NCBI GenBank assembly: GCA_029262175.1
Contig: JAJCZV010000072.1
Span: 75,459 to 139,458, forward strand
DNA length: 64,000 nucleotides
Source of the DNA: Gemmatimonadota bacterium
GTDB lineage: Bacteria; Gemmatimonadota; Gemmatimonadetes; Palauibacterales; Palauibacteraceae
Direction of reading: 5' to 3'
Shown here: positions 20,388-29,155 of the stretch, one piece after another
How positions within the stretch are numbered: position 1 is the first letter of the stretch
Layout of the letters: every line of letters begins with the position of its first letter
Made by a program: the position numbers and the translations under genes
Notes under the pieces: generated by a model
Databases searched by the model: none
Told to the model about the DNA's origin: nothing
What the model saw: only the letters and a program-made list of their open reading frames with translations

Positions 20388-22252
20388 CGATCGATCTCCC
20401 CGAGGACGACGTCGAGAGAGGCGTTGATCGCGATCACGTCGGCAACGAGCTCACCGGCGACCAGCTGCGGGAGCGAGGCGATGTTGATGAACGACGGACC
20501 TCGGAAGCGGCAACGCACGGGCTTGGTGCCGCCGTCAGAAATAATCCCGAACCCGAGTTCGCCTTTCGAGCTTTCGATCGAGTACCACGTCTCTCCCGCC
20601 GGTACCTGTACGCCCTCCATGACGAGCTTGAAGTGCGAAATCATCGTGTCGATCGACCCCATGGCCTCGCTCTTGGGCGGAAGCACGATGCGATAGTCAT
20701 CGATGTTGATGGGGCCATCCGGGAGTCGATCGAGAGCCTGGTCGATGATGCGAACGCTTTGACGCATCTCTTCGACGCGGACGAGATACCGATCGTAGAC
20801 GTCACCTGTCACACCGACGGGGACATCGAAGTCGTACTCCTCATAACCGAGATAAGGGCGAGCCTTGCGCACGTCGTACGCGAGTCCGCTCGCGCGTAGC
20901 GTCGGGCCAGTAACGCCATAACTGACCGCATCGTCCACACTCAACGGCCCGATGTCCATCGTGCGGCCCTGCCAAATCGCGTTGCGCGACAACAATCTCT
21001 CGACTTCGTCGAGCGTGTCGGGGAACGAACGGATGAACTCGCGCGCCGCGGACACCCACCCCAAAGGCAGATCAGCGAGCATACCGCCAACCCGCGTCAC
21101 CGACGTCGTGATGCGGCCGCCCGTATAGGCCTCGTGCAGATTGTAGATGCGCTCCCGTTCCTGGAATGTGTACAAGAATACGGAGAACGCCCCGATGTCG
21201 ATGGCGGTCGTGCCCAACCAAAGAAGGTGTCCAAGGATGCGGTTCAACTCACCGAGCGCGACGCGAACAACGCGACATCGTTCGGTGATCTCGACTCCGA
21301 GCAACTGCTCGACGGCACCTGCGTAGCCGATGTTGTAGAGCATCGGCGCCAGGTAGTCCATCCGATCCGTGTACGGAACCACCTGATTCCACTCGCGGAA
21401 TTCGCAGGTCTTCTCGAATCCCGTGTGTAAGTAGCCGATATGGGGAATGCATTTGACGACGCGTTCCCCGTCCAACTGCAGCACGAGCCGTAGTACGCCG
21501 TGAGTCGCCGGGTGTTGCGGACCCATGTTGATGAGCATCGGCGCGCCTTCGAGCGCGTCTTCAAGCGGTTTGTCCGGGTCCAGATCGTAGATGGTCGAAT
21601 CCGCGTCGGGGAGCGCAGCCTGAAGCTCGCCGTCTGCCGTGAGTTCGCAGCCCGCCATCTCGAGTTCCTCTACCGCGTACACATCGTCTAAACCGCGGTT
21701 GAGCGCCCGCCGCACCTGCTCGGATCGGCTGAAACGACCTCGCAGGGGGAAGTCTTTGCGAAGCGGAAAGCCCTCTTCGTAGTTCTCCGGCATGAGGATC
21801 CGGCGAAGGTCGGGATGGCCTCGGAACGTCACGCCGTACATGTCCCACACCTCGCGCTCCAACCAATTGGCCGCGAGCCACTCATCGGTCACGCTCTCGA
21901 GTTCGAGGCTGTCGAGAGAGACGTCGCATGCGACGCGCAGTTGACGGCCGTGCGTCATCGACCAGAGCTGATACCAAACTTGAATCGGCGCCCCAACACC
22001 GAGGTGGGCGCCCATGACATCCGCGAGCATGTCGTAGGACTGATCGGGATCCTGCCGAAGGAATGCGAGGACCGCGCGCACGTCGCCGGGACGAATCCAG
22101 ACGACGGGATAGCCGACGGCATCGCGTCCCACCGACAAGACGGCATCACTGAACCGGCTTTGAAGCGCCTTGACGCTGACGTGGCTCGCCGGATCGGCAT
22201 TGGGCTCACCGCGGATGAGTTCACGCGGCGGCGCGGCGGCGGTCGTGGTCAC
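20384..22252 (-). CDS. nuoCD: Fused NADH-quinone oxidoreductase subunit C/D
   Basis: N-terminal NuoC (WLEREVWDMYG...GHPDLRRIL...PLRKDFP) followed by NuoD (GPQHPATHGVLR...GEIDR). Confidence 0.95.
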   Translation of the reverse strand: MTTTAAAPPRELIRGEPNADPASHVSVKALQSRFSDAVLSVGRDAVGYPVVWIRPGDVRAVLAFLRQDPDQSYDMLADVMGAHLGVGAPIQVWYQLWSMTHGRQLRVACDVSLDSLELESVTDEWLAANWLEREVWDMYGVTFRGHPDLRRILMPENYEEGFPLRKDFPLRGRFSRSEQVRRALNRGLDDVYAVEELEMAGCELTADGELQAALPDADSTIYDLDPDKPLEDALEGAPMLINMGPQHPATHGVLRLVLQLDGERVVKCIPHIGYLHTGFEKTCEFREWNQVVPYTDRMDYLAPMLYNIGYAGAVEQLLGVEITERCRVVRVALGELNRILGHLLWLGTTAIDIGAFSVFLYTFQERERIYNLHEAYTGGRITTSVTRVGGMLADLPLGWVSAAREFIRSFPDTLDEVERLLSRNAIWQGRTMDIGPLSVDDAVSYGVTGPTLRASGLAYDVRKARPYLGYEEYDFDVPVGVTGDVYDRYLVRVEEMRQSVRIIDQALDRLPDGPINIDDYRIVLPPKSEAMGSIDTMISHFKLVMEGVQVPAGETWYSIESSKGELGFGIISDGGTKPVRCRFRGPSFINIASLPQLVAGELVADVIAINASLDVVLGEIDR

Positions 22253-22268
22253 GAGATGAAGGAGGTCC

Positions 22269-22970
22269 TCAATCTCGGTGCTCGATCCGCCGCTCCCGGC
22301 GGTCGCGCGGCCGGGAAAGGGCGGATGTCGGCGCGAGACCGCTCACGCGGTTCTGGTTTGTCGAGTTTCCGAAGGGCTGAGAGACGAGCTCGATCGTCTC
22401 CGCCGGCAGGTTCGGTTGCCCGACGGCTTCCGGCGCCTCGTCACGAGCCCGGGGGTTCGCGAGCGACTCTCCCTTGATCTTCTCTTGGATCATCAGAAGG
22501 CCGTAAATGAGCCCTTCAGGACGCGGCGGACAGCCAGGCACGTAGACGTCCACGGGAATGATGGTGTCGATGCCTTGGACGATCGTGTAGTTGTCGAACA
22601 TGCCGCCGGAGCTCGCGCACGCGCCCATCGAAACGCACCATTTTGGCTGCGGCATCTGATCCCAAATCCGGCGCAGCACGGGAGCGATCTTATACGTCAC
22701 CCGGCCGGCGACGATCATGAGGTCCGCTTGGCGTGGACTGAACGACATCCGCTCCATGCCGAAGCGTCCGATGTCGTACTTGCTGGCGGCCGAGGCCATC
22801 ATCTCGATGGCACAGCACGCGGTGCCAAAGGGCATCGGCCAAATCGAATTCCGGCGGGCCCAGTTGACGACGTAGTCGAGCTTGGTCGTCATCCAATTCC
22901 GCGGGATCCCCGTATCGAGGACCTCTTCCGGCGTCACCCCTGCGGGGAGCGTATCGAGCTTCAATCCCAC
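22269..22970 (-). CDS. nuoB: NADH-quinone oxidoreductase subunit B
   Basis: [34 protein letters not shown]; GTG 22970 overlaps the end of nuoA. Confidence 0.95.
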   Translation of the reverse strand: MGLKLDTLPAGVTPEEVLDTGIPRNWMTTKLDYVVNWARRNSIWPMPFGTACCAIEMMASAASKYDIGRFGMERMSFSPRQADLMIVAGRVTYKIAPVLRRIWDQMPQPKWCVSMGACASSGGMFDNYTIVQGIDTIIPVDVYVPGCPPRPEGLIYGLLMIQEKIKGESLANPRARDEAPEAVGQPNLPAETIELVSQPFGNSTNQNRVSGLAPTSALSRPRDRRERRIEHRD

Positions 22971-23317
22971 TCGAGGGCACCTTTCTTCCAAGCGTAAACC
23001 AGGCCGACCGCGAGTACGACGAGGAACGTCGTCATTTCCATGAAGCCCACGAACCCCAGTTCGCGGAAGATTGCGGCCCACGGGATCAGAAACAGCGTCT
23101 CGATGTCCAGAATGATAAAGAGCATCGCGACGAGATAGAAATTGACCGAAAATCGTTCGCGCGTCGTACCTAGCGGAGTAATCCCTGATTCATAGGGACT
23201 GGACTTGGCGGCCGTAGGGCGCTTCGACCCGACGAGGTGCGAGACGCCCATCATGGCGCCGGCGTTCAGCACGCCGACCAAAGCCAAGATCAGGATGCCG
23301 ATATATGGGTCGAGCAA
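22961..23317 (-). CDS. nuoA: NADH-quinone oxidoreductase subunit A
   Basis: [28 protein letters not shown]. Confidence 0.95.
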   Translation of the reverse strand: MLDPYIGILILALVGVLNAGAMMGVSHLVGSKRPTAAKSSPYESGITPLGTTRERFSVNFYLVAMLFIILDIETLFLIPWAAIFRELGFVGFMEMTTFLVVLAVGLVYAWKKGALEWD

Positions 23318-23341
23318 GAGGTTGGCTCCTTTGCTGCGAGC

Positions 23342-23359
23342 TTGTGAATTTCTTCACGA
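23342..23359. promoter_or_regulatory. Probable Rex (NADH/NAD+ sensing repressor) operator
   Basis: TTGTGAA-TTTC-TTCACGA has one mismatch to TTGTGAA-N4-TTCACAA; it lies between the nuoA promoter and start codon. Confidence 0.75.
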
Positions 23360-23371
23360 TCCCGCGCGGCG

Positions 23372-23400
23372 AAGGTAGCAACCGTGCCATGGGGCTGCAA
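23372..23400 (-). promoter_or_regulatory. Sigma70-type promoter for the nuo operon
   Basis: Minus strand TTGCAG-17 nt-TACCTT with an extended -10 TGn. Confidence 0.6.
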
Positions 23401-23470
23401 GAACCCAGGAGCCACCGAAAGCCCGCCCCTCGGCGAGGGGTTCCCCTTGCTCCGATCTCCGCCTGACGGG

Positions 23471-24373
23471 ATGTTCGCGTCCGTGAGAGACGCGGCGATT
23501 GCAACGGATTCCGGCCCTTTTGAGCCCCGCTATGTCCGGGTCGCGGAGGGACGGATACGCGTCTACGTCACCGGCCAGGGGCCGCCCATCCTGTTTCTGC
23601 ATGGCGTCAGCGCGCAGGCCCGATCCTGGTTCGAAGTGGCACGCAGGCTGGCCTCCAATGGCGTCGCACGGACCTGCTGGATGCCGGATCTCCTCGGCCG
23701 GGGCGGCTCGGACGGAGGGGCGGAGCTGCGCTTCTCGCTGGACGACGAAGTTCGGCGGCTCGAGGAACTGGTCGGGGCGCTGTCTGAAAACGAATCGATC
23801 CGAGCACCGGCGCTCGTCGTAGGACACTCGCATGGCGCGGCGATCGCATTGGCGTATGCCGGTCGAAATTCGACGGTGACCCGTCTGATGCTCGCAAATC
23901 CGGTGACGGCGCATCTCTCACGTCCTCCAGCGCTGAACGCGCTCGATTCGCGTCTGGTCCGGCACGCGCTTGCGAGCGGATTTGCGCCCCTGCACCGGGT
24001 CATTGGACGGCTGGTCCTACGACGAGCCGGCGGACCCTACTATCTCGTGCCCCGCGAGATCAGCGACGCCTATGCGGCCCCGTTTCGCGACGTGGCCCGC
24101 GCGCGCGGCCTCATGCGGATTCTCGCCGACTGGCGACCCGAGGAGCTCGCGACCCGGATGCCGACCCGCCGGATCTGCGCGCAGGTGGTAGCGGGGTGTC
24201 ACGATCCTCGCGTCCCCCTCGAAGCGGCCGAGAGACTAGCCGACGACCTGAAGGCGACGGTCACGCGGGTGGAGGACGGGGGTCACGTGCTGCCGGAGCA
24301 GCACCCTGCCCTCATCGCCTCGCTGATTGCCGATCTTCTCAAGAAAGGAAGCTCGCCCGAGCTGGCCAGGTAA
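23471..24373 (+). CDS. Alpha/beta-fold hydrolase
   Basis: LFLHG, PDLLGRGGS, GHSHG nucleophile elbow, candidate Asp (HDP) and His (GGHV); start uncertain. Confidence 0.85.
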   Translation: MFASVRDAAIATDSGPFEPRYVRVAEGRIRVYVTGQGPPILFLHGVSAQARSWFEVARRLASNGVARTCWMPDLLGRGGSDGGAELRFSLDDEVRRLEELVGALSENESIRAPALVVGHSHGAAIALAYAGRNSTVTRLMLANPVTAHLSRPPALNALDSRLVRHALASGFAPLHRVIGRLVLRRAGGPYYLVPREISDAYAAPFRDVARARGLMRILADWRPEELATRMPTRRICAQVVAGCHDPRVPLEAAERLADDLKATVTRVEDGGHVLPEQHPALIASLIADLLKKGSSPELAR

Positions 24374-24375
24374 TG

Positions 24376-24930
24376 CTAGAGCTTTGGCGGGGTCACGCCC
24401 GTTTGCCCCTGGTACTTCCCCTTCTTGTCGGCGTAGCTCACTTCGCACTCCTCGTCGGCCTCGAAAAACAAGACCTGAGCGATCCCTTCGTTGGAATAGA
24501 CCCGGGCCGGTAGCGGAGTGGTGTTGGAGATTTCAAGCGTCACGTGACCTTCCCACTCGGGCTCGAACGGCGTCACGTTGACGATCAGGCCACACCGGGC
24601 GTACGTGGATTTTCCGACGCAAATGGTCAATACGTTGCGGGGGATTCGGAAGTACTCGATGGAGCGGGCGAGTGCGAACGAATTTGGCGGTACGATGCAA
24701 ACATCGCCCTTGTACTCGAGAAAAGAGCGCTCGTCGAAGTTCTTGGGGTCCACGACCGGAAACAGTGCATTGTGAAAGATCCGAAACTCGTCAGCCACCC
24801 TCATGTCATAGCCGTAGCTGCTGACACCGTAGGAGATCACCCCATCGCGGAACTGCCGATCGGCGAACGGCTCGATCATCTGCGTTTCTTTTGCCATCCG
24901 ACGGATCCAGCCATCGCTCTTGATCGACAT
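24376..24930 (-). CDS. dcd: dCTP deaminase
   Basis: [35 protein letters not shown]. Confidence 0.96.
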   Translation of the reverse strand: MSIKSDGWIRRMAKETQMIEPFADRQFRDGVISYGVSSYGYDMRVADEFRIFHNALFPVVDPKNFDERSFLEYKGDVCIVPPNSFALARSIEYFRIPRNVLTICVGKSTYARCGLIVNVTPFEPEWEGHVTLEISNTTPLPARVYSNEGIAQVLFFEADEECEVSYADKKGKYQGQTGVTPPKL

Positions 24931-25168
24931 ATCTCTCCATCGCGGGCTCGTGACCACGCCCGCACCGCTGTGTTTTCCCGAAGACTAGCCCCCGTGCGGA
25001 TCGAGAAATAACGTCCGCGCCCGTTTCATGCGATTGTCACTTTACGGCTTGCGATCGGACCTTGGTGGGACGGCAAACTCGACGTACCCTTCGCTGCCCG
25101 TATCCGGGCGCAGCCATTCTAGCGCTGCGTTCGGAGGTTCCGCGTTCGATGGGAAGGGGGTAAGCGCC

Positions 25169-26197
25169 TTGCTCAAAACGGGCACGACGGCACAGGTCCC
25201 GGGCGACATTTTGTTTGTCCTCGGAGCGCCGCGGAGCGGGACAAGCCTACTCAGTCGGCTACTCCTGGAATATTTCGACATCGGGATCGGCCCCGAGGGC
25301 CAATGGATCGCTCCCCTCGCGCACCGTGCCCCCGAGTTTGGCGACCTCGAGGAGGAGGCGAACCTCCGTCGGCTCATCGACGCCGTCCTCTCCACCGAAA
25401 TGTTTCGGATCGTTGAGGAGCAATACAGTGCCCGCTTCGGTTGGACGGTTTCGGTCACCCCAGCGGGCGTCCGCGAGCACCTCGTCTCGAAGTCGTACGC
25501 TGGCGTAGCGGATGCCTCCCTGCGCTGTCTGGCGGAGCAGCTCCGGCGAGGTCGCGTGGGCAGCAAGGATCCCGGGTTCTACAAGGAGCTTGCGACGCTA
25601 GAGACGCTGTTCCCGCTCCGAGCCAAATACCTGGCGATCGTCCGAGACGGCCGAGACGTCGCCCTGTCCATGATGCGGCAACCGTGGGGTCAAAAGACGT
25701 GGTACGCGAACGCTCGTCTTTGGGTCGACACCTACGCTCGAATCGACGCGTTCCGCCCCACCATCGCGCCGGAACGGTTCCTCCAGATCAGTTACGAGAC
25801 CCTCTTAGCACGCCCAGAGGAAGTCTGTCGTTCCTTGGAGGCATTTCTCGAGTTCCCCCTCGACGTAGAAAAGCGGCAACGATTCGTTGAAGAGCTCATC
25901 AAGGGGCCGTTGAGTCAGAATTCGGAAAAATGGAAAGGCGCTATGAGCCCGCGCGATCACCGATTGTACGAGGCGGTCGCGGGATCCTGGCTGGAGCGAT
26001 TCGGCTACCAGCGCCTGAGCCCGGGCGCTCGCGCTCACGCGTTTGAACGGGTGTGGTACAGCGGACTCGAGTTTGCGCGTCGACTCGGGCGAAAAGGCTT
26101 ACTCGTGTTGGGGATCGGCGCCACGGACACGCCCACCCGGACGCGGTTCACTTCGGCCGAGTCGACGGCCCGGCGGAGCGGACCAGGGCGCGAGTAA
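25169..26197 (+). CDS. PAPS-dependent sulfotransferase family protein
   Basis: 5'-PSB loop GAPRSGTS, KDP, 3'-PB RDGRDVALS, ISYETL; start uncertain (TTG 25169 after GGAAGGGG). Confidence 0.88.
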   Translation: MLKTGTTAQVPGDILFVLGAPRSGTSLLSRLLLEYFDIGIGPEGQWIAPLAHRAPEFGDLEEEANLRRLIDAVLSTEMFRIVEEQYSARFGWTVSVTPAGVREHLVSKSYAGVADASLRCLAEQLRRGRVGSKDPGFYKELATLETLFPLRAKYLAIVRDGRDVALSMMRQPWGQKTWYANARLWVDTYARIDAFRPTIAPERFLQISYETLLARPEEVCRSLEAFLEFPLDVEKRQRFVEELIKGPLSQNSEKWKGAMSPRDHRLYEAVAGSWLERFGYQRLSPGARAHAFERVWYSGLEFARRLGRKGLLVLGIGATDTPTRTRFTSAESTARRSGPGRE

Positions 26198-26217
26198 ACC
26201 GGGCGGAGATGCGCCTG

Positions 26218-26589
26218 CTAGGTGCGGGTCAACGCGATCCAGCCCGCCCAGCTCCACGCCGCGATCAGTAAGACCCCGCCGATCGGCGTGATCGCGCCCA
26301 ACCATCTGAGATCGGTGAGCGCCAGCAGGTAAAGGGTTCCGCTGAAGACAATCGTCCCCCCGATAAACAGGATCCCCGGACCATTCCAGGCCACCATGGG
26401 CCATCGGTCCGCAGCGAGGCCTAACAACCCGAGCGCCAGCGCATGGGCCAGATGATAGCGGGCCGCCGTCTGAAAAATCTCCAGATTCGCGGCACTGATG
26501 CGGGTTTCCAGCGCATGTGCGCCAAATGCGCCCGCACAGACGGCGAGAGCACCGAGAAAAAACGCTAAGCCGAGGAATATTCTGTGCAT
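26218..26589 (-). CDS. DUF423 membrane protein (YgdD/YwdK-like)
   Basis: GAFGAH, TAARYH..HA, FSGTLY, GAITPIGG. Confidence 0.92.
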   Translation of the reverse strand: MHRIFLGLAFFLGALAVCAGAFGAHALETRISAANLEIFQTAARYHLAHALALGLLGLAADRWPMVAWNGPGILFIGGTIVFSGTLYLLALTDLRWLGAITPIGGVLLIAAWSWAGWIALTRT

Positions 26590-26650
26590 AGCCGTGACAC
26601 GATCGGTTAGACGAAATTACGTACGTTGACGGTGATTCCCGTATCTTACG

Positions 26651-26775
26651 GTCCCTACCGGGGTACCGCCGCTGCTGTCCTCGAGTGAGGACGACAAGAT
26701 GCGGCGGTCAGAAGGCCGCTAAACGCAACTCAGAGCGGCACTTCGCACCCGTGAGGGCTCACGGTCGACGGGGAA
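26651..26775 (+). ncRNA. Candidate structured leader RNA upstream of the HD-GYP gene
   Basis: Stems accgccgc/gcggcggt enclosing gtcctc/gaggac, then gccgct/agcggc and ccgtga/tcacgg; no family identified. Confidence 0.3.
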
Positions 26776-26788
26776 CAAGGGGGCAGGC

Positions 26789-28102
26789 ATGGGGGGAGAT
26801 CGGCGAATCCTCGCTTTACTCTCCGAGCAGCAGCAGGAGAATCAGCGCGTGCGAGAGGCACTGATTCGGGTCAACGTCGGGGCGAACGTCGTGGATAGCC
26901 CTGCGGGGATCGGGACATCGATCGCCGCTGGAGGCGTGGATCTCGTGGTTTGCGACGCGCAGACCATGGAGCCACAGCGGGCGCACGAACTCGTCTTGTC
27001 CAACGTTCCCGATGGGGAGCGCCAGCCGGTGTTCTTAGCGCTGGTCGACAGTTTTGACCGCGACCGGCTAGGCCGTGAACCGGCGTTCGCTCATTTCCTG
27101 GCCCGCCCTTTTCGCGCCGAGACGCTCACGGCGTTGTGCCGCTCACTCCTCGAGGACATTCGCTCCGACGTAAGCACCGACAGGACGCTCGCGGTCGCGA
27201 TCCGACAGCCGGCCCGCTTCTCTGCTCGGCCTCTTTACGCCGACGCAGTCAGCTTCGCTCGTGAATCTTTGGCGCGCGGACGAGAAGGCTTGGCTCCAGA
27301 CATGGGGTGGGCTCGGCTCGTTGCGGAGCGCCTGCACACCTCTCTCGTACAAAGCAACTTGTTGTTGAATCGTGCTCTCGAGCCGCATCAACGCTTCGAT
27401 CTCTCGACCCATAGCGTGAACGTTGCGATTTTCGCGGGCAAGATCGCCCACAGCCGAGACCTGCCGCTCGACTCGACGCTGCGCGCCATCGAAGCGGGGC
27501 TCGTCCACGACATCGGGATGGCGCGTCTGCCCGAGTCCATCCTCTTCAAAGAATCCGGGCTCTCGGCCGAGGAGCGCCAGGAGATGGAGCGGCACCCGAC
27601 CCTCGGAGCCGAACTGATCGCTCAGCTTGGTCCCTCGTACGGGTGGCTCGAACGTGCCATCCGGCAGGAACACGAGCGCGCCGGTGGACAAGGCTACCCC
27701 GAAGGACTCGCTCAAGAAGAGATTGATCCGATCGCGCGAGTCCTCGGGGTCGCCGATGTTTTCGAAGCGTTCTCACATACGCGCGCCTACCGATCACCGT
27801 TCACGGCGTACGAAGCCCTCGAACGCGTGGTCGCGATGCGGGAAGAGTATTTCGACGGTGCCATCGTCGATGCCCTGGCTAACGAGATCTCCGTATTTCC
27901 CCTCGACTCCTACGTAAAACTGTCCTCAGGTGCGATCGGACGCGTCATCGCGACCAATCCCGGCAATCTCATGCGACCCACCATCGAGGTACTGTGGAAC
28001 GAAAGCTGGGCCCCGATTGATCCCAAGATCATGGCGCTGGACCAGGTCCCCGATATCGCGATTGAACGACCGCTACACGAGTCAGAGGTGCCGATAACGT
28101 GA
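26789..28102 (+). CDS. Atypical receiver domain + HD-GYP domain protein
   Basis: N-terminal REC-like DLVVCD...FLARPF; THSVNV, HDIG, RHP, EHERAGGQGYP, ADVFEA, RAYR. Confidence 0.88.
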   Translation: MGGDRRILALLSEQQQENQRVREALIRVNVGANVVDSPAGIGTSIAAGGVDLVVCDAQTMEPQRAHELVLSNVPDGERQPVFLALVDSFDRDRLGREPAFAHFLARPFRAETLTALCRSLLEDIRSDVSTDRTLAVAIRQPARFSARPLYADAVSFARESLARGREGLAPDMGWARLVAERLHTSLVQSNLLLNRALEPHQRFDLSTHSVNVAIFAGKIAHSRDLPLDSTLRAIEAGLVHDIGMARLPESILFKESGLSAEERQEMERHPTLGAELIAQLGPSYGWLERAIRQEHERAGGQGYPEGLAQEEIDPIARVLGVADVFEAFSHTRAYRSPFTAYEALERVVAMREEYFDGAIVDALANEISVFPLDSYVKLSSGAIGRVIATNPGNLMRPTIEVLWNESWAPIDPKIMALDQVPDIAIERPLHESEVPIT

Positions 28103-29130
28103 CGTCACCGTTCGTCTACGTGGTCGGAGGAAAAGCGCGCGACACCAAATCACCGCTTCAGGAATGGGAGTGGTTTGAAGAGGCTCGTGTGCTACGAGTC
28201 AACACCGAGACCGGCGAGACCGAGACGGTGATTCGGTACGTGAGCCCCCCTGAGCACCAACCTGAGGTCGGGGGGTCGGTCGTCTTCAAGGCCGGACATC
28301 GAGTCGACCGCACGCTCTTTCTTTGCACGCAGACCGAGATTCTCGAGTACGACTTGGATGGCTATGAACTCCGCAATCAGATTTCACTTCCGTTCTTCAA
28401 TGATCTCCATCACGTTCGCCTCCTCTCTTCAGGCAATCTCGGCGTAGCCGTGACCGGTCTCGACCTGGTCGTGGAGCTCTCGCCAAAGGGCGACGTGCTA
28501 CGCGAGTGGGCGACGATCGATGAGACACCCTTCGCTCGATTCTCTCGGGAGCAGGACTACCGGAAGATCGCCACGACGAAGCCGCATCTGGCTCACCCGA
28601 ACTATCTGTTCGAGCTGGAGGGCGGACTGTGGGCCACCCGTTTCAATCAACAAGATGCGATCCGGCTGGACGACCCGAATCAGCGGTTTTCCGTCGCTGA
28701 CATCGCGCCTCACGACGGTCACGTACTGGAGGGGTCGGTCTACTTTACGACCGTGCGGGGCGAACTCGTCGTGCTCGACGCGGCAACACGCGGCCGCGAG
28801 AAGCGACGAGTCTATTCGATCCCGAGTATCGCGAATAGCGGCCAGCGCCTCGGTTGGTGTCGTGGCCTGGCTCTGTTCGACGGAGGGAGGCAGGCGCACA
28901 TCGGATTTACGCGGCTGCGCCAAACCAAAATCGAACGGAACGTTGCTTGGGTGAAAGAGCATCTGCGCGGCGGAGCGCTGCGCAAACCCGAGCGTTCGTT
29001 TGTAAGTCAGGGAACGATGATGGTAACGGTCGATCTGGACCAACAGCGGATCACGGGGCACGTCGACCTCGAGCCGTTCGGCCTCAACGCGATTTTTTCG
29101 ATTCACCAGGACGTTCCGAAACCCCGGTGA
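28099..29130 (+). CDS. Hypothetical His-rich, probably beta-propeller protein
   Basis: 343-aa ORF with GTGA overlap to the HD-GYP stop; beta-rich repeats; NDLHHV, HLAHPN, PHDG and GWCRGL motifs. Confidence 0.75.
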   Translation: MTSPFVYVVGGKARDTKSPLQEWEWFEEARVLRVNTETGETETVIRYVSPPEHQPEVGGSVVFKAGHRVDRTLFLCTQTEILEYDLDGYELRNQISLPFFNDLHHVRLLSSGNLGVAVTGLDLVVELSPKGDVLREWATIDETPFARFSREQDYRKIATTKPHLAHPNYLFELEGGLWATRFNQQDAIRLDDPNQRFSVADIAPHDGHVLEGSVYFTTVRGELVVLDAATRGREKRRVYSIPSIANSGQRLGWCRGLALFDGGRQAHIGFTRLRQTKIERNVAWVKEHLRGGALRKPERSFVSQGTMMVTVDLDQQRITGHVDLEPFGLNAIFSIHQDVPKPR

Positions 29131-29155
29131 ATCGGCGAGTGCGCAGGCGCTCGAT

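Noticed and set aside
26626-26647. TTGACG...TATCTT as a promoter
   Set aside because: The spacer is only 10 nt
26651-26775. Assignment to c-di-GMP-I/II riboswitch, ykkC-class riboswitch or 6S RNA
   Set aside because: Key conserved elements are missing (GGCAAA/GNRA, A-rich P3 loop, long closing rod); kept only as an unassigned candidate
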